A stretch of DNA of 64,000 bases from an uncultured bacterium. Lineage in GTDB: Bacteria > Actinomycetota > Acidimicrobiia > Acidimicrobiales > VFJN01. How positions within the stretch are numbered: position 1 is the stretch's first letter; each line of letters opens with the position of its first letter. A model generated the notes under the pieces. The model saw nothing but the letters and a program-made list of their open reading frames with translations, did no database searches and had not been told where the DNA came from. The stretch is taken from NCBI GenBank assembly GCA_963813485.1, contig CAWEZE010000017.1:1919-65918 (forward strand), written 5' to 3'. A program made the translations under genes and the position numbers. Of this stretch, positions 34,566-44,804 are shown piece by piece.

Positions 34566-35804
34566 GTGCCTGCCGACGTCCCCCCGGCTCCACTAGACGA
34601 CGACGAGAAGAGCCTGCTCACGCCGCAGTTCGCGGTGGTGATGCTGGCGGCGTTCGCGTACTTCATCGCCCTCGGTGCGCTCATCCCCACGGTGCCTCGG
34701 TTCGTCGAGGGCGAGCTGGGCGGCGGGCGGCGTACAGGTGGGCGTCGGCGTCGGCTCGCTGGCGGTGACGGCGGCCCTGCTGCGCCCCTGGACCGGGCGC
34801 ATCGGGGACACGCGTGGCCGGCGCGTCCTGGCGGTGTCCGGAGCCACCGATCGTCGGCTGTCTCGATCCTGCTCTATGGCGTCGCCACCGAGCTGTGGAT
34901 GCTCGTGCTCGCCCGGCTGCTCACCGGCGCCGGCGAGGCGGCCATGTTCGTCGGGGTGGCCACCGCCGCCCAGGACCTGGCGCCCGACCACCGCCGGGGC
35001 GAGGCGGCGTCCTACTTCTCGGTCGCGCTCTACGGCGGCCTGGCCGTCGGACCGCCGATCGGCGAGGCCCTGGTCACCTACGGCTTCGCCACGCTGTGGA
35101 TCGCGCTGGCGGGCTGCTGCGCCTGCGCCGCGGTCATCAGCCTGTGGATCCCCAGGGGGCCACGGTGGCGGTGGCGCCCCATCGCAGCTTCCTGCAGCGG
35201 GACGCCTTGTTGCCGGGGGTGATCCTGTTCCTCGGGCTCGTCCCGTTCATCGCGTTCTCGTCGTTCGTGCCGCTGTTCGCCGAGGACCTGGGCCAGGAAA
35301 GCGTGGGCGGCGTGTTCGGCCTGTACGCCGGGCTGGTCCTCGTCGTCCGGATCGTCGGGGCCCGCCTGCCTGATCGCCTGGGCTGGCGCACGCGGCTCGA
35401 CCATCGCGCTCTGCGGTGTGGGGCTCGGCGTCGGGCTGGTGGCGGTGTGGGCATCGGTGCCCGCGATCTGGCTGGCGGCCGTCCCGCTCGGGATCGGCAT
35501 GTCGCTCCTGTACCCGTCACTGTTCACCGCCGTCATGGCGGCGGCGCCCGAGAGCGAGCGCAGCCACGCGGTGGGCACGTTCTCGGTGTTCTTCGACCTG
35601 TCGAGCGGGTTCGGCGCGACCCTCATCGGCGTCGCGGTGTCGTTGACCAGCTACCGCGGCGGGTTTGCGGTCGCCGCCGCCATCGCCGGCGCCGGGCTCT
35701 GCGCCCAGTGGCTGCTGCGCGACCGGATCGGCGGCCGCCGCCTCGCATGCGTTCCGGACGTCGCCGTCAGGGGCGCCGGGTCGGCCGACCCGTCGGCCGC
35801 CTGA
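34566..35804 (+). pseudogene. MFS transporter, multiply frameshifted
   Basis: MFS-like segments alternate among all three forward frames, with at least 4-5 switches near 34725, 34850-34870, 35160 and 35400. Confidence 0.75.
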
Positions 35805-35841
35805 CCGGCCGAATCAGGTGCCGCGCCGGTAGCCTCCAGCA

Positions 35842-36660
35842 GTGGCCACGAGCGTGCAGACCTGCTACCGACACGGCGACCGCCGCGCCGGCGTGCGCTG
35901 CCAGCGCTGCGACCGGCCCATCTGCCCGTCGTGCATGAACCAGGCCTCGGTGGGGTTCCACTGCCCCGAGTGTGCTCGCTCGGGCCGGCAGCGCACGGTC
36001 CCACTGCGGTCGCTGGCCACCCGCCCCGTCGTCACGATGGCGCTGGTCGCCGCGAACGTGGCCATCTTCATCGGCGACATGGTGTCGGGGTCGAACCAGC
36101 TCGGCGACCACAACTGGACGGCCGACGGCGCGCTCTACGGCCCGGCGGTGGCGGCCGGCGATTGGTGGCGACCGGTCACGGCCGGGTTCCTGCACGCCAA
36201 CCTGCTGCACATCGGGTTCAACATGTTCCTGCTGTGGCAGCTCGGCAAGCTGCTGGAACCGGCGATCAAGCGCTGGGCCTTCGCAGCGCTCTACTTCATG
36301 TCCCTGCTCGGCGGGTCGTTCCTCACGCTGATCCTCGACCCCAACGCCCTGACGCTCGGCGCCTCCGGAGCCGTCTTCGGGCTCATGGGCGCCACCTTCA
36401 TCGCCCTGCGGTCGCGGGGCGTCGACCCGTTCAGCACCGGCATCGGGCCCCTGCTGGTGCTCAACCTGATCCTCACTTTTGCGATACCCGGGATCTCCAT
36501 CGGTGGGCACATAGGTGGGCTGATCGCCGGTGCGTTGGGCGGCTGGATCCTGTGGGAGTGGGGCCCGCGCCTGGGCCGCAACACGCCGCCGGTGCTGCCG
36601 GTCGTGGCGTGCGGAGCCATCGCGGTGGCCCTCTACGCCGGGTGCCTGGTCGTCGCCTGA
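35842..36660 (+). CDS. Rhomboid-family intramembrane serine protease with N-terminal zinc ribbon
   Basis: CxxC...CxxC at the N-terminus. Catalytic GASGAVFG and a downstream H in a TM helix. Confidence 0.88.
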   Translation: MATSVQTCYRHGDRRAGVRCQRCDRPICPSCMNQASVGFHCPECARSGRQRTVPLRSLATRPVVTMALVAANVAIFIGDMVSGSNQLGDHNWTADGALYGPAVAAGDWWRPVTAGFLHANLLHIGFNMFLLWQLGKLLEPAIKRWAFAALYFMSLLGGSFLTLILDPNALTLGASGAVFGLMGATFIALRSRGVDPFSTGIGPLLVLNLILTFAIPGISIGGHIGGLIAGALGGWILWEWGPRLGRNTPPVLPVVACGAIAVALYAGCLVVA

Positions 36661-36664
36661 GCGC

Positions 36665-37174
36665 TCACGAGCGCGAGGTGAAGTCCCAACGGGTCGGCGA
36701 GCCCTCGAAGTCGCTCTCCATCAGCCCGAACGCCCAGCTCGGCGCCACGCGGTAGGTGCCGTTGACGTCGGGGTCGAAGAAGTCGATGCCGTAGTCGGTC
36801 TCGTACTTGGCGCCGAGCCGCTCGGCAAAGCCGCGGATGGTGTCCGCGTCTCGGACCTGGGCGGCGGTGCCCTCCAGCACGACGGGCTCCTGCGCGTTGT
36901 CGGTCGTGATCGCGCAGCGGGGATCGGCGGCCAGGTTGCGGGCCTTCGAGGATCGCAGGCCGCTGCTGAACCACAGGGCATCGTCCCACCACACGCCCCA
37001 GACCGGCATGACGTGGGGCCGGCCGTCGGGCCGTGTGGTCGCCACCCAGTAGTCGTGGGAGCGGGTGAGCCGTTCCGTCGCCCACGACCAGGGGAGCAGC
37101 CCGGTGCCCTGGGCCGGCTCCTTGGTGCCGTAGCCGGGCATGTGTGGCCGGCTGGCGCGCGGTTCCTCAGCCAT
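36665..37174 (-). CDS. Pyridoxamine 5'-phosphate oxidase-family protein (possibly F420-dependent class)
   Basis: 169 aa from ATG 37174. YWVATTRPDGRPHVMPVWGVWWDDALWFSS core. Confidence 0.8.
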   Translation of the reverse strand: MAEEPRASRPHMPGYGTKEPAQGTGLLPWSWATERLTRSHDYWVATTRPDGRPHVMPVWGVWWDDALWFSSGLRSSKARNLAADPRCAITTDNAQEPVVLEGTAAQVRDADTIRGFAERLGAKYETDYGIDFFDPDVNGTYRVAPSWAFGLMESDFEGSPTRWDFTSRS

Positions 37175-37224
37175 GGGCCCGATTCTCCACCAGTGAGGCC
37201 AGTCGCCGCAGGTTGCCTCGACGT

Positions 37225-38319
37225 TTATGACAGCGTGAGCGCCGCCGCCTCGAGCAGGGCGCCGGTGGCCAGGAGCAACGGCTCGCACCCGCGCGGTCCC
37301 ACCAGCTGGACGCTGGCCGGCAGCGGCCCGTCGGCGGGCGCGGGCAGGGCGAGCGCCGGCAGGCCGGCCAGGTTGACGGGCACGTTGGTGGTCCGGCTGT
37401 CGGGGGGCGGCTCGTCCAGGCGCGTGGCCAGTACCGGCAGGGTCGGCAGGGCCAGCAGCTCGACACCGGCGAACACCGCGGCGAGCTCCTGACACCAGAG
37501 GCGGGCGTGGGCGCGGGCCGCGGCGAGATCGGCGGCGGGGATGGCTCGCCCCTGCTCGAGCCGATCCCGCGTTTCGGCCCCCAGGCCGGCGGCGTCGGCC
37601 TCGTAGACGGCTTGGTCCGTCAGCCAGGCCTCGCCGAAGAGCACCGTGCCACCCGCCCGGGCGGCCGCCGCCCACCCCGGCAGGACGAGGTCGACCACGT
37701 CGAGGCCGCTGGCGGCCAGCAGGTCGTCGACGGCCCGGTCGACGACCGGATCGACCGGAGTCGGCAACCGGACCCGGCCCACGATGGTCGCGCTCGGCGC
37801 CTGCGCCGCGAAGCCTGGATCCAGGAGCTGCATGCCGAGGGTCACGCCGGCCACATCCCGCGCCATCGGGCCGACCGTGTCCAGCGACGGCGCCAGCGGC
37901 CAAACGCCGGTGGTCGGGATCCGGCCCCACGTGGTCTTGAGACCTACGGTGCCGCAGCAGGCCGACGGGGTCCGAACCGACCCGGCGGTGTCGGTGCCGA
38001 TGGCGACGTCGGCCTCCCCGGTGGCGACTGCGACGGCGGAGCCGCTCGACGACCCCCCGGGGATGCGGGTGGGGTCGAGTGGGTTCACCGGGGTGCCGAA
38101 GTGGGGATTGATGCCGGTGCCGCCGAACGCCAGCTCGTGGAGGTTGGTCTTGCCGACGATCCGGGCCCCGGCGGCCCGTGCCGCGGCGACGCAGGGGGCG
38201 TCGGTGGGGGCCGGTTCCGCGTTGGCGGCGACCACGGCGGAGCCGGCGGTCGTGGGCGTGCCGACCACGTCGAGCAGGTCCTTGACCGCGAGGCGCGGGC
38301 CGCCGAGCGCCGGCGTCAC
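37225..38319 (-). CDS. Amidase (amidase-signature family)
   Basis: GGSSSGSAVAVA signature and LAVKD motif. GTG at 38319 preferred. The listed ORF extends to 38418. Confidence 0.88.
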   Translation of the reverse strand: MTPALGGPRLAVKDLLDVVGTPTTAGSAVVAANAEPAPTDAPCVAAARAAGARIVGKTNLHELAFGGTGINPHFGTPVNPLDPTRIPGGSSSGSAVAVATGEADVAIGTDTAGSVRTPSACCGTVGLKTTWGRIPTTGVWPLAPSLDTVGPMARDVAGVTLGMQLLDPGFAAQAPSATIVGRVRLPTPVDPVVDRAVDDLLAASGLDVVDLVLPGWAAAARAGGTVLFGEAWLTDQAVYEADAAGLGAETRDRLEQGRAIPAADLAAARAHARLWCQELAAVFAGVELLALPTLPVLATRLDEPPPDSRTTNVPVNLAGLPALALPAPADGPLPASVQLVGPRGCEPLLLATGALLEAAALTLS

Positions 38320-38407
38320 CCGGGTCGTCGAGGCGGAGGATGAAGGTAGCCATGGGCGGCCCCAGCATGGCATCCGGTCCCGGCCACCGACCCGGCTGAA
38401 CGCGCAA

Positions 38408-38509
38408 CCCCGAGGCAATACGGTCCGGACGGGCGAGCCCGAGGCAACCGGGTCCGGGGGCCGGTCCCCATTGCCTCCAGAGCCTCGCGGCGGTCCCTAT
38501 TGCCTCGGG
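38408..38509. repeat. ~100-bp nested inverted repeat built from four copies of a 17-20-nt unit (2 forward, 2 reverse)
   Basis: Forward copies: ccccgaggcaatacggtccgg and cccgaggcaaccgggtccgg. Reverse copies: ccggtccccattgcctcc and cggtccctattgcctcggg. The outer 12 bp are perfect. Confidence 0.85.
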
Positions 38510-38520
38510 CGCTCCGTTGG

Positions 38521-41190
38521 CTAGCCGGTCGTGGTGGTGGTCGCGTCGCCGCTCTCGTCGGCGGGCGGCTCGGTGCCGGTGGCATCCAGGACCTTGGGCA
38601 CGAGCCAGCGGGCGGCGGCATCCGCCCCTGCCTCGGTGAGGTCGCGACCCTCGAGCCGGTAGTCGGCACCGAAGGCGCCGCCGGCCGGCAGGTCCTGGGT
38701 CCAGGCGTCGAGGTCGATCACCGAGAAGCCGTCGCGACCCGCCACCGTGTCGTGGATGATCTCGTTGAGCCGCTCGACCCGCAGCGGATCGTTGTCCGCA
38801 ACCGTCGTCCAGTCCCCCTCACCGTCGTTGCCGGGGGCGAGTCGAACGTGCGGATACGTGGCCCACAACACCGGCACGTCCTGCCCGGCCAGCCTGTCGG
38901 CGAGGTCGTCGTAGCGGTCGCCGAGCCAGTCGTCGAACACCGGGTCCCCGATGTGGCGCCACTCCCGGTCGATCTCGCGTTCGCCGAGGTCGGCCAGCCC
39001 GCCGACCACGACGATGGCGTCGGCGCCGGAGGCGTCGAGCAGCTTGGGCAACCGGGGCCCGAAGCCCACGCAGGCGATGTCGTCGCCGATGGTCTCGCCC
39101 GCCAGCCGCACCGGGCCGGGAGTGCTGATCGGGCAGCCGGCGGCCACGTGCGTGTCGACACGCACTTGTTGGTCGGTCTGCTCGGCGTTCCAGGTCTCCA
39201 GGCCCGATGTCATCGAGCCGGCCAGCCCGTCGCCGACGAGGGCGATGCGCACGATCTCGTCGTCGCCCGCGGCCGGCGTCACGACGTCGAGGTCGCCGGG
39301 CCCGTCGCCGTTGTCGACGGTCAGGCTCACGTCGCGTGGTGGCTGTTCGGGGAGGACCAGCGCGACGGCGGCCACCAGCGCCAGGCTGGTGCCGAGCGCC
39401 ACGCCGAGCTGGCGCCGGGGGACCGCGAGGCGATAGCGGATGGGCCGTTCGATGGCCCATGTCAACAGCGCCGCCACCACCAGCGTGACCGCTAGGCGGG
39501 CCAGGAACAGGAGGTGCGAGTCGAGCCCGGTCCGGTCCTCGTCGAGCAGCAGGAAGATCGGCCAGTGGACCAGGTAGGCGGCGTAGCTGATCGCGCCGAT
39601 GGCGCTCAGGGGCCGCCACCCGAGCGCGGTGGTGGCCGGACCTGGGCTGGTCACCGCCAGCAGAACGAACGCCGTGAGCAGGGCGTTGACCGCGGTCACC
39701 CCGCCGAAGAGGTTGGTCGAGTACAGGCTCGTCGTGCTCCAGAGCCATGCCAGGCCGGCCAGCGCCACGAGCGGGCCGTAGCGCAGGACGGCCGCGCCGC
39801 GGGGCGTCTCCATGAGCCGGCGGAACCAGGGGCTCAGCACGGCGTAGGCGAGGACGACGCCCACCAGCAGTTCGCCGATCCGGGTGTGGGTGCCGTAGTA
39901 GGCGACCCCGTCGTTGCCGGCCCGGTCGGCGGTCATGGACGCGGCCACGAACGACGCGACGGCCGCCAGGCCGAACAGCGCCCCTGCCGCCCGCCAGCGG
40001 GTGCCGACCATGCGCATGATCCCGACGAACGCCAGCGGCAGCAGCACGAAGGCCTGCACCGCCAGTGACACCGCCCAGATGTTCTGGACCGGTGACGGGT
40101 CGGTGAGCACGCTGGCGAAGCCGTCGCCCCCGAAGGCGAAGCGCCAGTTGAGGACCTGGCCGGCGGCTGCCAGGACGTCGCCCCGGAACCCGGGACCGGC
40201 GCCGACCCGCAGAGTCGCCTGCAGCACGACGACCGCGGCGAGCACGAACGCGAGGGCCGGGATCAGGCGCCGGGCCCGCCGCTCCCAGAACCGGCCCAGC
40301 GACACCCCGCCGTCCTGAGACCACTCGGCCAGGAGCAGGGTCGCGGCCAGGAACCCCGAGAGGGTGAAGAAGCTGGAGATGCCGAGGAACCCGCCCCTGA
40401 CCAGGTCGTATCCCTGGTGGAAGGCGAGGATCGCGAGTAGTGCTACGGCCCGGAGCCCGTCGAAGCCGGGGACGTGCGGCAGCCGGGGCCCCCGATCCAC
40501 GGTGCCTGGCGCTGGGCGTTCGCTTCGCCGGGGCGCCGCCCGGCGCGGTCGCCTGCCGCCGCCGCCGTCACCGTCCGGCGCCCGTCGTGGGGGCGACTCG
40601 ACCGGCGCGGTGCGGAGCCCCACGCCGTCGTCGGCCCAGTCCTCCGCGAGGGCGACCGGCGGCTCGTCCCAGATGGACGGGGCGGTGGGCGACGCAAGCG
40701 GGTGGTCGCCACCCAGGGCCTCCGGGGTGCGAAACCGCGTGTCCTCGTCCCAGTCGTCCGATGGTCGGGCGACACCCGGGTCGCCCCATTCGGCGGGTTG
40801 GCGAGGCTCGCTGGGGGCGGGGTGGCTCCAGTCCTGGGGAATGGGGCGTGGATCGTCCCACGACCGCCGCGGGGCCGCCGGCGCCGTGTTGCGCCGGGCG
40901 GCCGGCGGCGCCGTGCTGTGCCTGGCGGGCGGGGCAGCACCCGGGGCCCGCCCGGCTGTCCGGCGGGCGACCTCCTCCCGCCACGCCCGCGGCGAGATCG
41001 GGGTCACGCCGTCGCTGGGCGGGCGGTGCTGGACAGCGGCGCCGCGGGTCGCGGCCGCGGCGGCCGCGGCCTCCTCCCATGGTCGAGGCGACGTGTCCGC
41101 GGCGGGATGGACGGTGGTGATCCGCGGGATCTCGGCGTCGTCCGGCTCACCCGGTGCGTCGGGGCCACGGCCTGGCGGCCAATCCGACAA
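38521..41190 (-). CDS. Acyltransferase-3 (OafA/YrhL-like) membrane O-acyltransferase fused to a C-terminal SGNH hydrolase domain, with a ~230-aa Pro/Arg/Ala-rich N-terminal region
   Basis: 889 aa, TTG start. Multi-TM acyltransferase core (FDGLRAVALLAILAFH...). SGNH-like C-terminus (ALVGDGLAGS...). Confidence 0.85.
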   Translation of the reverse strand: MSDWPPGRGPDAPGEPDDAEIPRITTVHPAADTSPRPWEEAAAAAAATRGAAVQHRPPSDGVTPISPRAWREEVARRTAGRAPGAAPPARHSTAPPAARRNTAPAAPRRSWDDPRPIPQDWSHPAPSEPRQPAEWGDPGVARPSDDWDEDTRFRTPEALGGDHPLASPTAPSIWDEPPVALAEDWADDGVGLRTAPVESPPRRAPDGDGGGGRRPRRAAPRRSERPAPGTVDRGPRLPHVPGFDGLRAVALLAILAFHQGYDLVRGGFLGISSFFTLSGFLAATLLLAEWSQDGGVSLGRFWERRARRLIPALAFVLAAVVVLQATLRVGAGPGFRGDVLAAAGQVLNWRFAFGGDGFASVLTDPSPVQNIWAVSLAVQAFVLLPLAFVGIMRMVGTRWRAAGALFGLAAVASFVAASMTADRAGNDGVAYYGTHTRIGELLVGVVLAYAVLSPWFRRLMETPRGAAVLRYGPLVALAGLAWLWSTTSLYSTNLFGGVTAVNALLTAFVLLAVTSPGPATTALGWRPLSAIGAISYAAYLVHWPIFLLLDEDRTGLDSHLLFLARLAVTLVVAALLTWAIERPIRYRLAVPRRQLGVALGTSLALVAAVALVLPEQPPRDVSLTVDNGDGPGDLDVVTPAAGDDEIVRIALVGDGLAGSMTSGLETWNAEQTDQQVRVDTHVAAGCPISTPGPVRLAGETIGDDIACVGFGPRLPKLLDASGADAIVVVGGLADLGEREIDREWRHIGDPVFDDWLGDRYDDLADRLAGQDVPVLWATYPHVRLAPGNDGEGDWTTVADNDPLRVERLNEIIHDTVAGRDGFSVIDLDAWTQDLPAGGAFGADYRLEGRDLTEAGADAAARWLVPKVLDATGTEPPADESGDATTTTTG

Positions 41191-41501
41191 GCGCTGTGCG
41201 TCCCAGTCGTCGGATTGGGGGGCGCGGCCAGCACCTCGGGACGGCGGCTGGTCCCGGCCGAACTCGTCGACAGGGCGGACCTTGCGGCCGGCACGGTCTC
41301 GCTTGGCTCGGTCGGGCCTCCGTCGCGGCGACGGCGGTCGAGCAGGGCTCAGTGTCTGTCCTCCAACAACATCCCAGCGGGCGCCTCTGGGCCGAAGCTG
41401 GCCGCAACGACCTACTACGGCGGCCGAGCCACCCTACCCGCCCCGCCGGCACGGGGGGATATCACGGCCGGGTCGGTCACTACGGCCAGTAGCCTCGGCA
41501 T

Positions 41502-43010
41502 GTGGTCCGCTACTACGTGACGACGCCGATCTACTACGTCAACGACGCCCCCCACATCGGCCACGCGTACACCACCGTCATCGCCGATGCCCTGGCCCGC
41601 TGGCATCGCTTGCTGGGCGACGACACCTTCTTCCTCACCGGCACCGACGAGCACGGCCTCAAGATCCAGCGGGCGGCCGAGGCGAACGGCATCAGTCCCA
41701 AGGAGATGGCCGACAGGACGTCCGAGCGCTTCCGCGACGCCTGGAAGCTGCTGGACATCTCGAACGACGACTTCATCCGCACCACGGAGCGTCGCCACCG
41801 CGTCGCGGTGCAGGCGTTCCTCCAGCGCGTCTACGACAACGGCCACATCGAGCTGGGCATCTACGAGGGCCTGTACTGCGTGTCGTGCGAGGCGTACTAC
41901 ACGCCCGACGAGCTGGTCGACGGGTTGTGCCCGATCCACCACCGTCCGGTGGAACAGGTGAAGGAGGAGAACTACTTCTTCAAGCTGTCCCGCTTCCAGC
42001 AGCCACTGCTCGACTGGTATGCGGAGCATCCCAACTTCGTGCACCCCGAGAGCAGGCGGAACGAGGCGTTGGGTTTCATCAGGGGTGGACTCGCCGACTT
42101 CTCGATAAGCCGCACGTCCATCTCCTGGGGCGTACCGCTGCCGTGGGATCCCGCCCATGTCACCTACGTCTGGTATGACGCGCTCATCAACTACGTCACG
42201 GCCATTGGCTACGGACAGGACGAAGAGCGGTTCGCGACGTGGTGGCCGGCGGTGCACCACCTGATCGGCAAGGACATCCTGCGGTTCCACTGCGTGTACT
42301 GGCCGGCAATGCTCATGGCGGCGGGGATCGATCCACCGGCCGACATCTCGGTCCACGGCTTTCTGCTTGTCGGCGGCGAGAAGATGAGCAAGACCAGCCT
42401 CAACCAGATCGCGCCGGGCGACCTTGTCGACGACTTCGGCGTCGACGGCTTCCGCTACCACTTCCTGCGCGACACGCCATTCGGGCCCGACGGCGACTTC
42501 AGCTACGAGCGCATGGTCGAGCGGTACAACAGCGACCTGGCCAACAACTTCGGCAACCTGCTGTCGCGCGTGGCGACGGTGGTCGACCGCAAGAGCGACG
42601 GTGTCGGACCCAAACCCCGGAGCGACAGCCCGCTGGCACCGGTCGCTGCCGAGGTCTACGCGGCGGCGGAGGAGGCGTGGGCCAACGGCCAGCCGGCGGC
42701 CGCGCTCGAGGCCACCTGGCGATTGATCCGTGAGACCAACAGCTACCTCGAAGCCAACGAGCCCTGGAAGACGGAGCCCGGCCCAGAGGTCGACGCGGTG
42801 CTCGGCGATGCCCTCGAGGCGCTGCGGATCGTGGCGGTGCTGGCGAGCCCGGCTATTCCCAACACGGTGCAGGAGGCATGGCGGCGTATCGGCCTTCCCG
42901 GATCCGTCCTCGACCAGCGCCTGCCCGAGGCCGCCAACTGGGGTGGCTACCCCGGCGGTCTCCCCGTGGCCAAGGGCCCGCCGCTGTTCCCCCGCCTGCC
43001 GGCGGAGTAG
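41502..43010 (+). CDS. metG: Methionine--tRNA ligase
   Basis: HIGH-type motif PHIGHAYT and KMSKT motif (GEKMSKTS). 502 aa. Confidence 0.95.
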   Translation: MVRYYVTTPIYYVNDAPHIGHAYTTVIADALARWHRLLGDDTFFLTGTDEHGLKIQRAAEANGISPKEMADRTSERFRDAWKLLDISNDDFIRTTERRHRVAVQAFLQRVYDNGHIELGIYEGLYCVSCEAYYTPDELVDGLCPIHHRPVEQVKEENYFFKLSRFQQPLLDWYAEHPNFVHPESRRNEALGFIRGGLADFSISRTSISWGVPLPWDPAHVTYVWYDALINYVTAIGYGQDEERFATWWPAVHHLIGKDILRFHCVYWPAMLMAAGIDPPADISVHGFLLVGGEKMSKTSLNQIAPGDLVDDFGVDGFRYHFLRDTPFGPDGDFSYERMVERYNSDLANNFGNLLSRVATVVDRKSDGVGPKPRSDSPLAPVAAEVYAAAEEAWANGQPAAALEATWRLIRETNSYLEANEPWKTEPGPEVDAVLGDALEALRIVAVLASPAIPNTVQEAWRRIGLPGSVLDQRLPEAANWGGYPGGLPVAKGPPLFPRLPAE

Positions 43011-43028
43011 CGACCGCGGAGCAGACCG

Positions 43029-43805
43029 GTGTCGATCCGCTGGACCGACGACCACTGTCACCTGGGCTGGGACGTCAACGAGGAGGTCGACGCCGGCGAG
43101 GTCGACGCCATGGTGGCGGAGGCCCGCGACGCCGGCGTCGAGCGGCTGGTCACCGTGGGGACGGACGCTCTGCGCTCGGCCGAGGCCGTGCGTGCTGCGG
43201 CCCGGCACCCAGGTGTGGTGTGGGCCACGGTCGGCCTGCACCCCCACGAGGCCCGCCGCGGGCTCGACGGGGTCGTCGACCTGCTGGACGAGGCCGGGGT
43301 GGTGGCCGTGGGCGAGTGCGGGCTCGACTACCACTATGACCATTCACCCCGCCCGGTGCAGCGGGACATGTTCGCCGCCCAGATCGCCCTGGCGCACGAG
43401 CGCGACCTGGCCCTGGTGATCCACACGCGCGAGGCGTGGGACGACACGTTCGCGGTTCTCGACGCCGAGGGCGTGCCCGCACGCACGGTGTTCCATTGCT
43501 TCACCGGCGGGCCCGACGAGGCCAGGGCGTGCCTAGACCGGGACGGGTACCTGTCGTTCTCCGGCATCGTCACGTTCCCGTCGGCCGACGACGTGCGGGC
43601 GGCGGCGGCCGTGTGCCCGCTCGAGCGGTTGCTCGTGGAGACCGACAGCCCCTACCTGGCGCCCGTGCCGTACCGCGGCCGTCCCAACCGCCCGGCGCTG
43701 GTGCCGCTGGTGGGCGCCGCGGTCGCCGACGTCATGGGAGTGGCGGTGGACGCGGTGGCCGCGACGACATGGGCCAACGCCGAGCGGGTGTACGGCCTCC
43801 GGTGA
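43029..43805 (+). CDS. tatD: TatD-family metal-dependent hydrolase/DNase
   Basis: 258 aa. DDHCH start motif, GECGLDYHY, ETDSPYLAP. Confidence 0.9.
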   Translation: MSIRWTDDHCHLGWDVNEEVDAGEVDAMVAEARDAGVERLVTVGTDALRSAEAVRAAARHPGVVWATVGLHPHEARRGLDGVVDLLDEAGVVAVGECGLDYHYDHSPRPVQRDMFAAQIALAHERDLALVIHTREAWDDTFAVLDAEGVPARTVFHCFTGGPDEARACLDRDGYLSFSGIVTFPSADDVRAAAAVCPLERLLVETDSPYLAPVPYRGRPNRPALVPLVGAAVADVMGVAVDAVAATTWANAERVYGLR

Positions 43806-43857
43806 ACCCGCCGCGGCGTCGGTGGCACCAGCAACCAATCCCGCGGCGGGACTTCGG

Positions 43858-44685
43858 ATGACCCTGACCCGCCGTCAGGTGCGCGACCTGCTCAGCGAGC
43901 ACGGGTTGTCCCCCAGCAGGGCGCTGGGGCAGAACTTCGTGGCCGATCCCAACACCGTGCGTCGCATCGCCCGACTGGCTGGCGTCGGTCGGGGTGACCG
44001 GGTGGTCGAGGTCGGCGCCGGCCTGGGGTCGCTCACGGTGGCGCTGGCCGAGACCGGGGCCGAGGTGACCGCCGTCGAGCTCGATCGCCACCTGCTGCCC
44101 GTGCTGCGGTCGGTCGTCGAGCCCCTCGGGGTGCGTGTGGTGGAGGGCGACGCCATGACCCTCGACTGGCACGAGGTGCTCGGCGGTGACGTTTCCGGCG
44201 GTGGCGACGATCGGTGGGCACTGGTGGCCAACCTGCCTTACAACGTGGCCACGCCACTGGTGCTCGACCTGCTCGCCCGCGTGCCGGCGATCGACCGCAT
44301 GCTGGTGATGGTCCAGCGCGAGGTGGGGGAGCGGCTGGCGGCCGGGCCGGGGAGCAAGGCCTACGGCATCCCCTCGGTCAAGCTCGCGTACCGGGCCGAC
44401 GCCGAGGTGGTGGGCCGAGTGCCGCCCACGGTCTTCATCCCACAGCCGCGAGTGGAGTCCGCTCTGGTGCGCGTGCGGCGGCTGCCCGGGCCGCCGGTCG
44501 ACGTCGACCCCGAGCGCCTGTTCAGCCTGGTCGAGGCCGGGTTCGGCCAGCGCCGCAAGATGCTTCGGCGCTCGCTGGCATCGCTCGTCGACCCCTCCGC
44601 GTTCGAGCGGGCGGACGTGCGCCCCGACGCCAGGGCGGAGCAGCTCAGCCTGGAGGATTGGGCCCGCCTCGCGAACTCCGTGTGA
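43858..44685 (+). CDS. rsmA: 16S rRNA (adenine1518/1519-N6)-dimethyltransferase
   Basis: LGQNFV motif and SAM-binding VVEVGAGLGSLT. ATG at 43858 preferred over the listed GTG at 43822. Confidence 0.92.
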   Translation: MTLTRRQVRDLLSEHGLSPSRALGQNFVADPNTVRRIARLAGVGRGDRVVEVGAGLGSLTVALAETGAEVTAVELDRHLLPVLRSVVEPLGVRVVEGDAMTLDWHEVLGGDVSGGGDDRWALVANLPYNVATPLVLDLLARVPAIDRMLVMVQREVGERLAAGPGSKAYGIPSVKLAYRADAEVVGRVPPTVFIPQPRVESALVRVRRLPGPPVDVDPERLFSLVEAGFGQRRKMLRRSLASLVDPSAFERADVRPDARAEQLSLEDWARLANSV

Positions 44686-44804
44686 CATCAGCTGACGTCG
44701 GATGTGGCGAGCATTTGCTGCGCTTCCCGCTCTTGGCGCTTCGCGCCGGGCCGCTCGGGCCACGGCCATGCCCGTAGGCACGGCCTCAGGCGCCGTGTGA
44801 CAAG

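Noticed and set aside
36665-38407. 580-aa ORF appearing to fuse the PPOX-family gene with upstream sequence. Likewise the 1037-aa ORF 53524..56637 spans the sulfatase and its upstream region.
   Set aside because: Only part of each ORF carries recognisable protein sequence. The remainder is off-frame read-through over a neighbouring gene (the amidase) or spacer. Internal ATG starts at 37174 and 55980 give proteins of normal length.
38320-38418. Longer amidase N-terminus (listed start 38418), or a frameshifted start from the ATG at about 38352 (MATFILRLDDPG).
   Set aside because: The in-frame GTG at 38319 gives a typical amidase N-terminus (TPALGGPRLAVKD). The upstream residues are Arg/Cys/Trp-rich and overlap the inverted-repeat element's flank. 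The choice is not decisive without an alignment.
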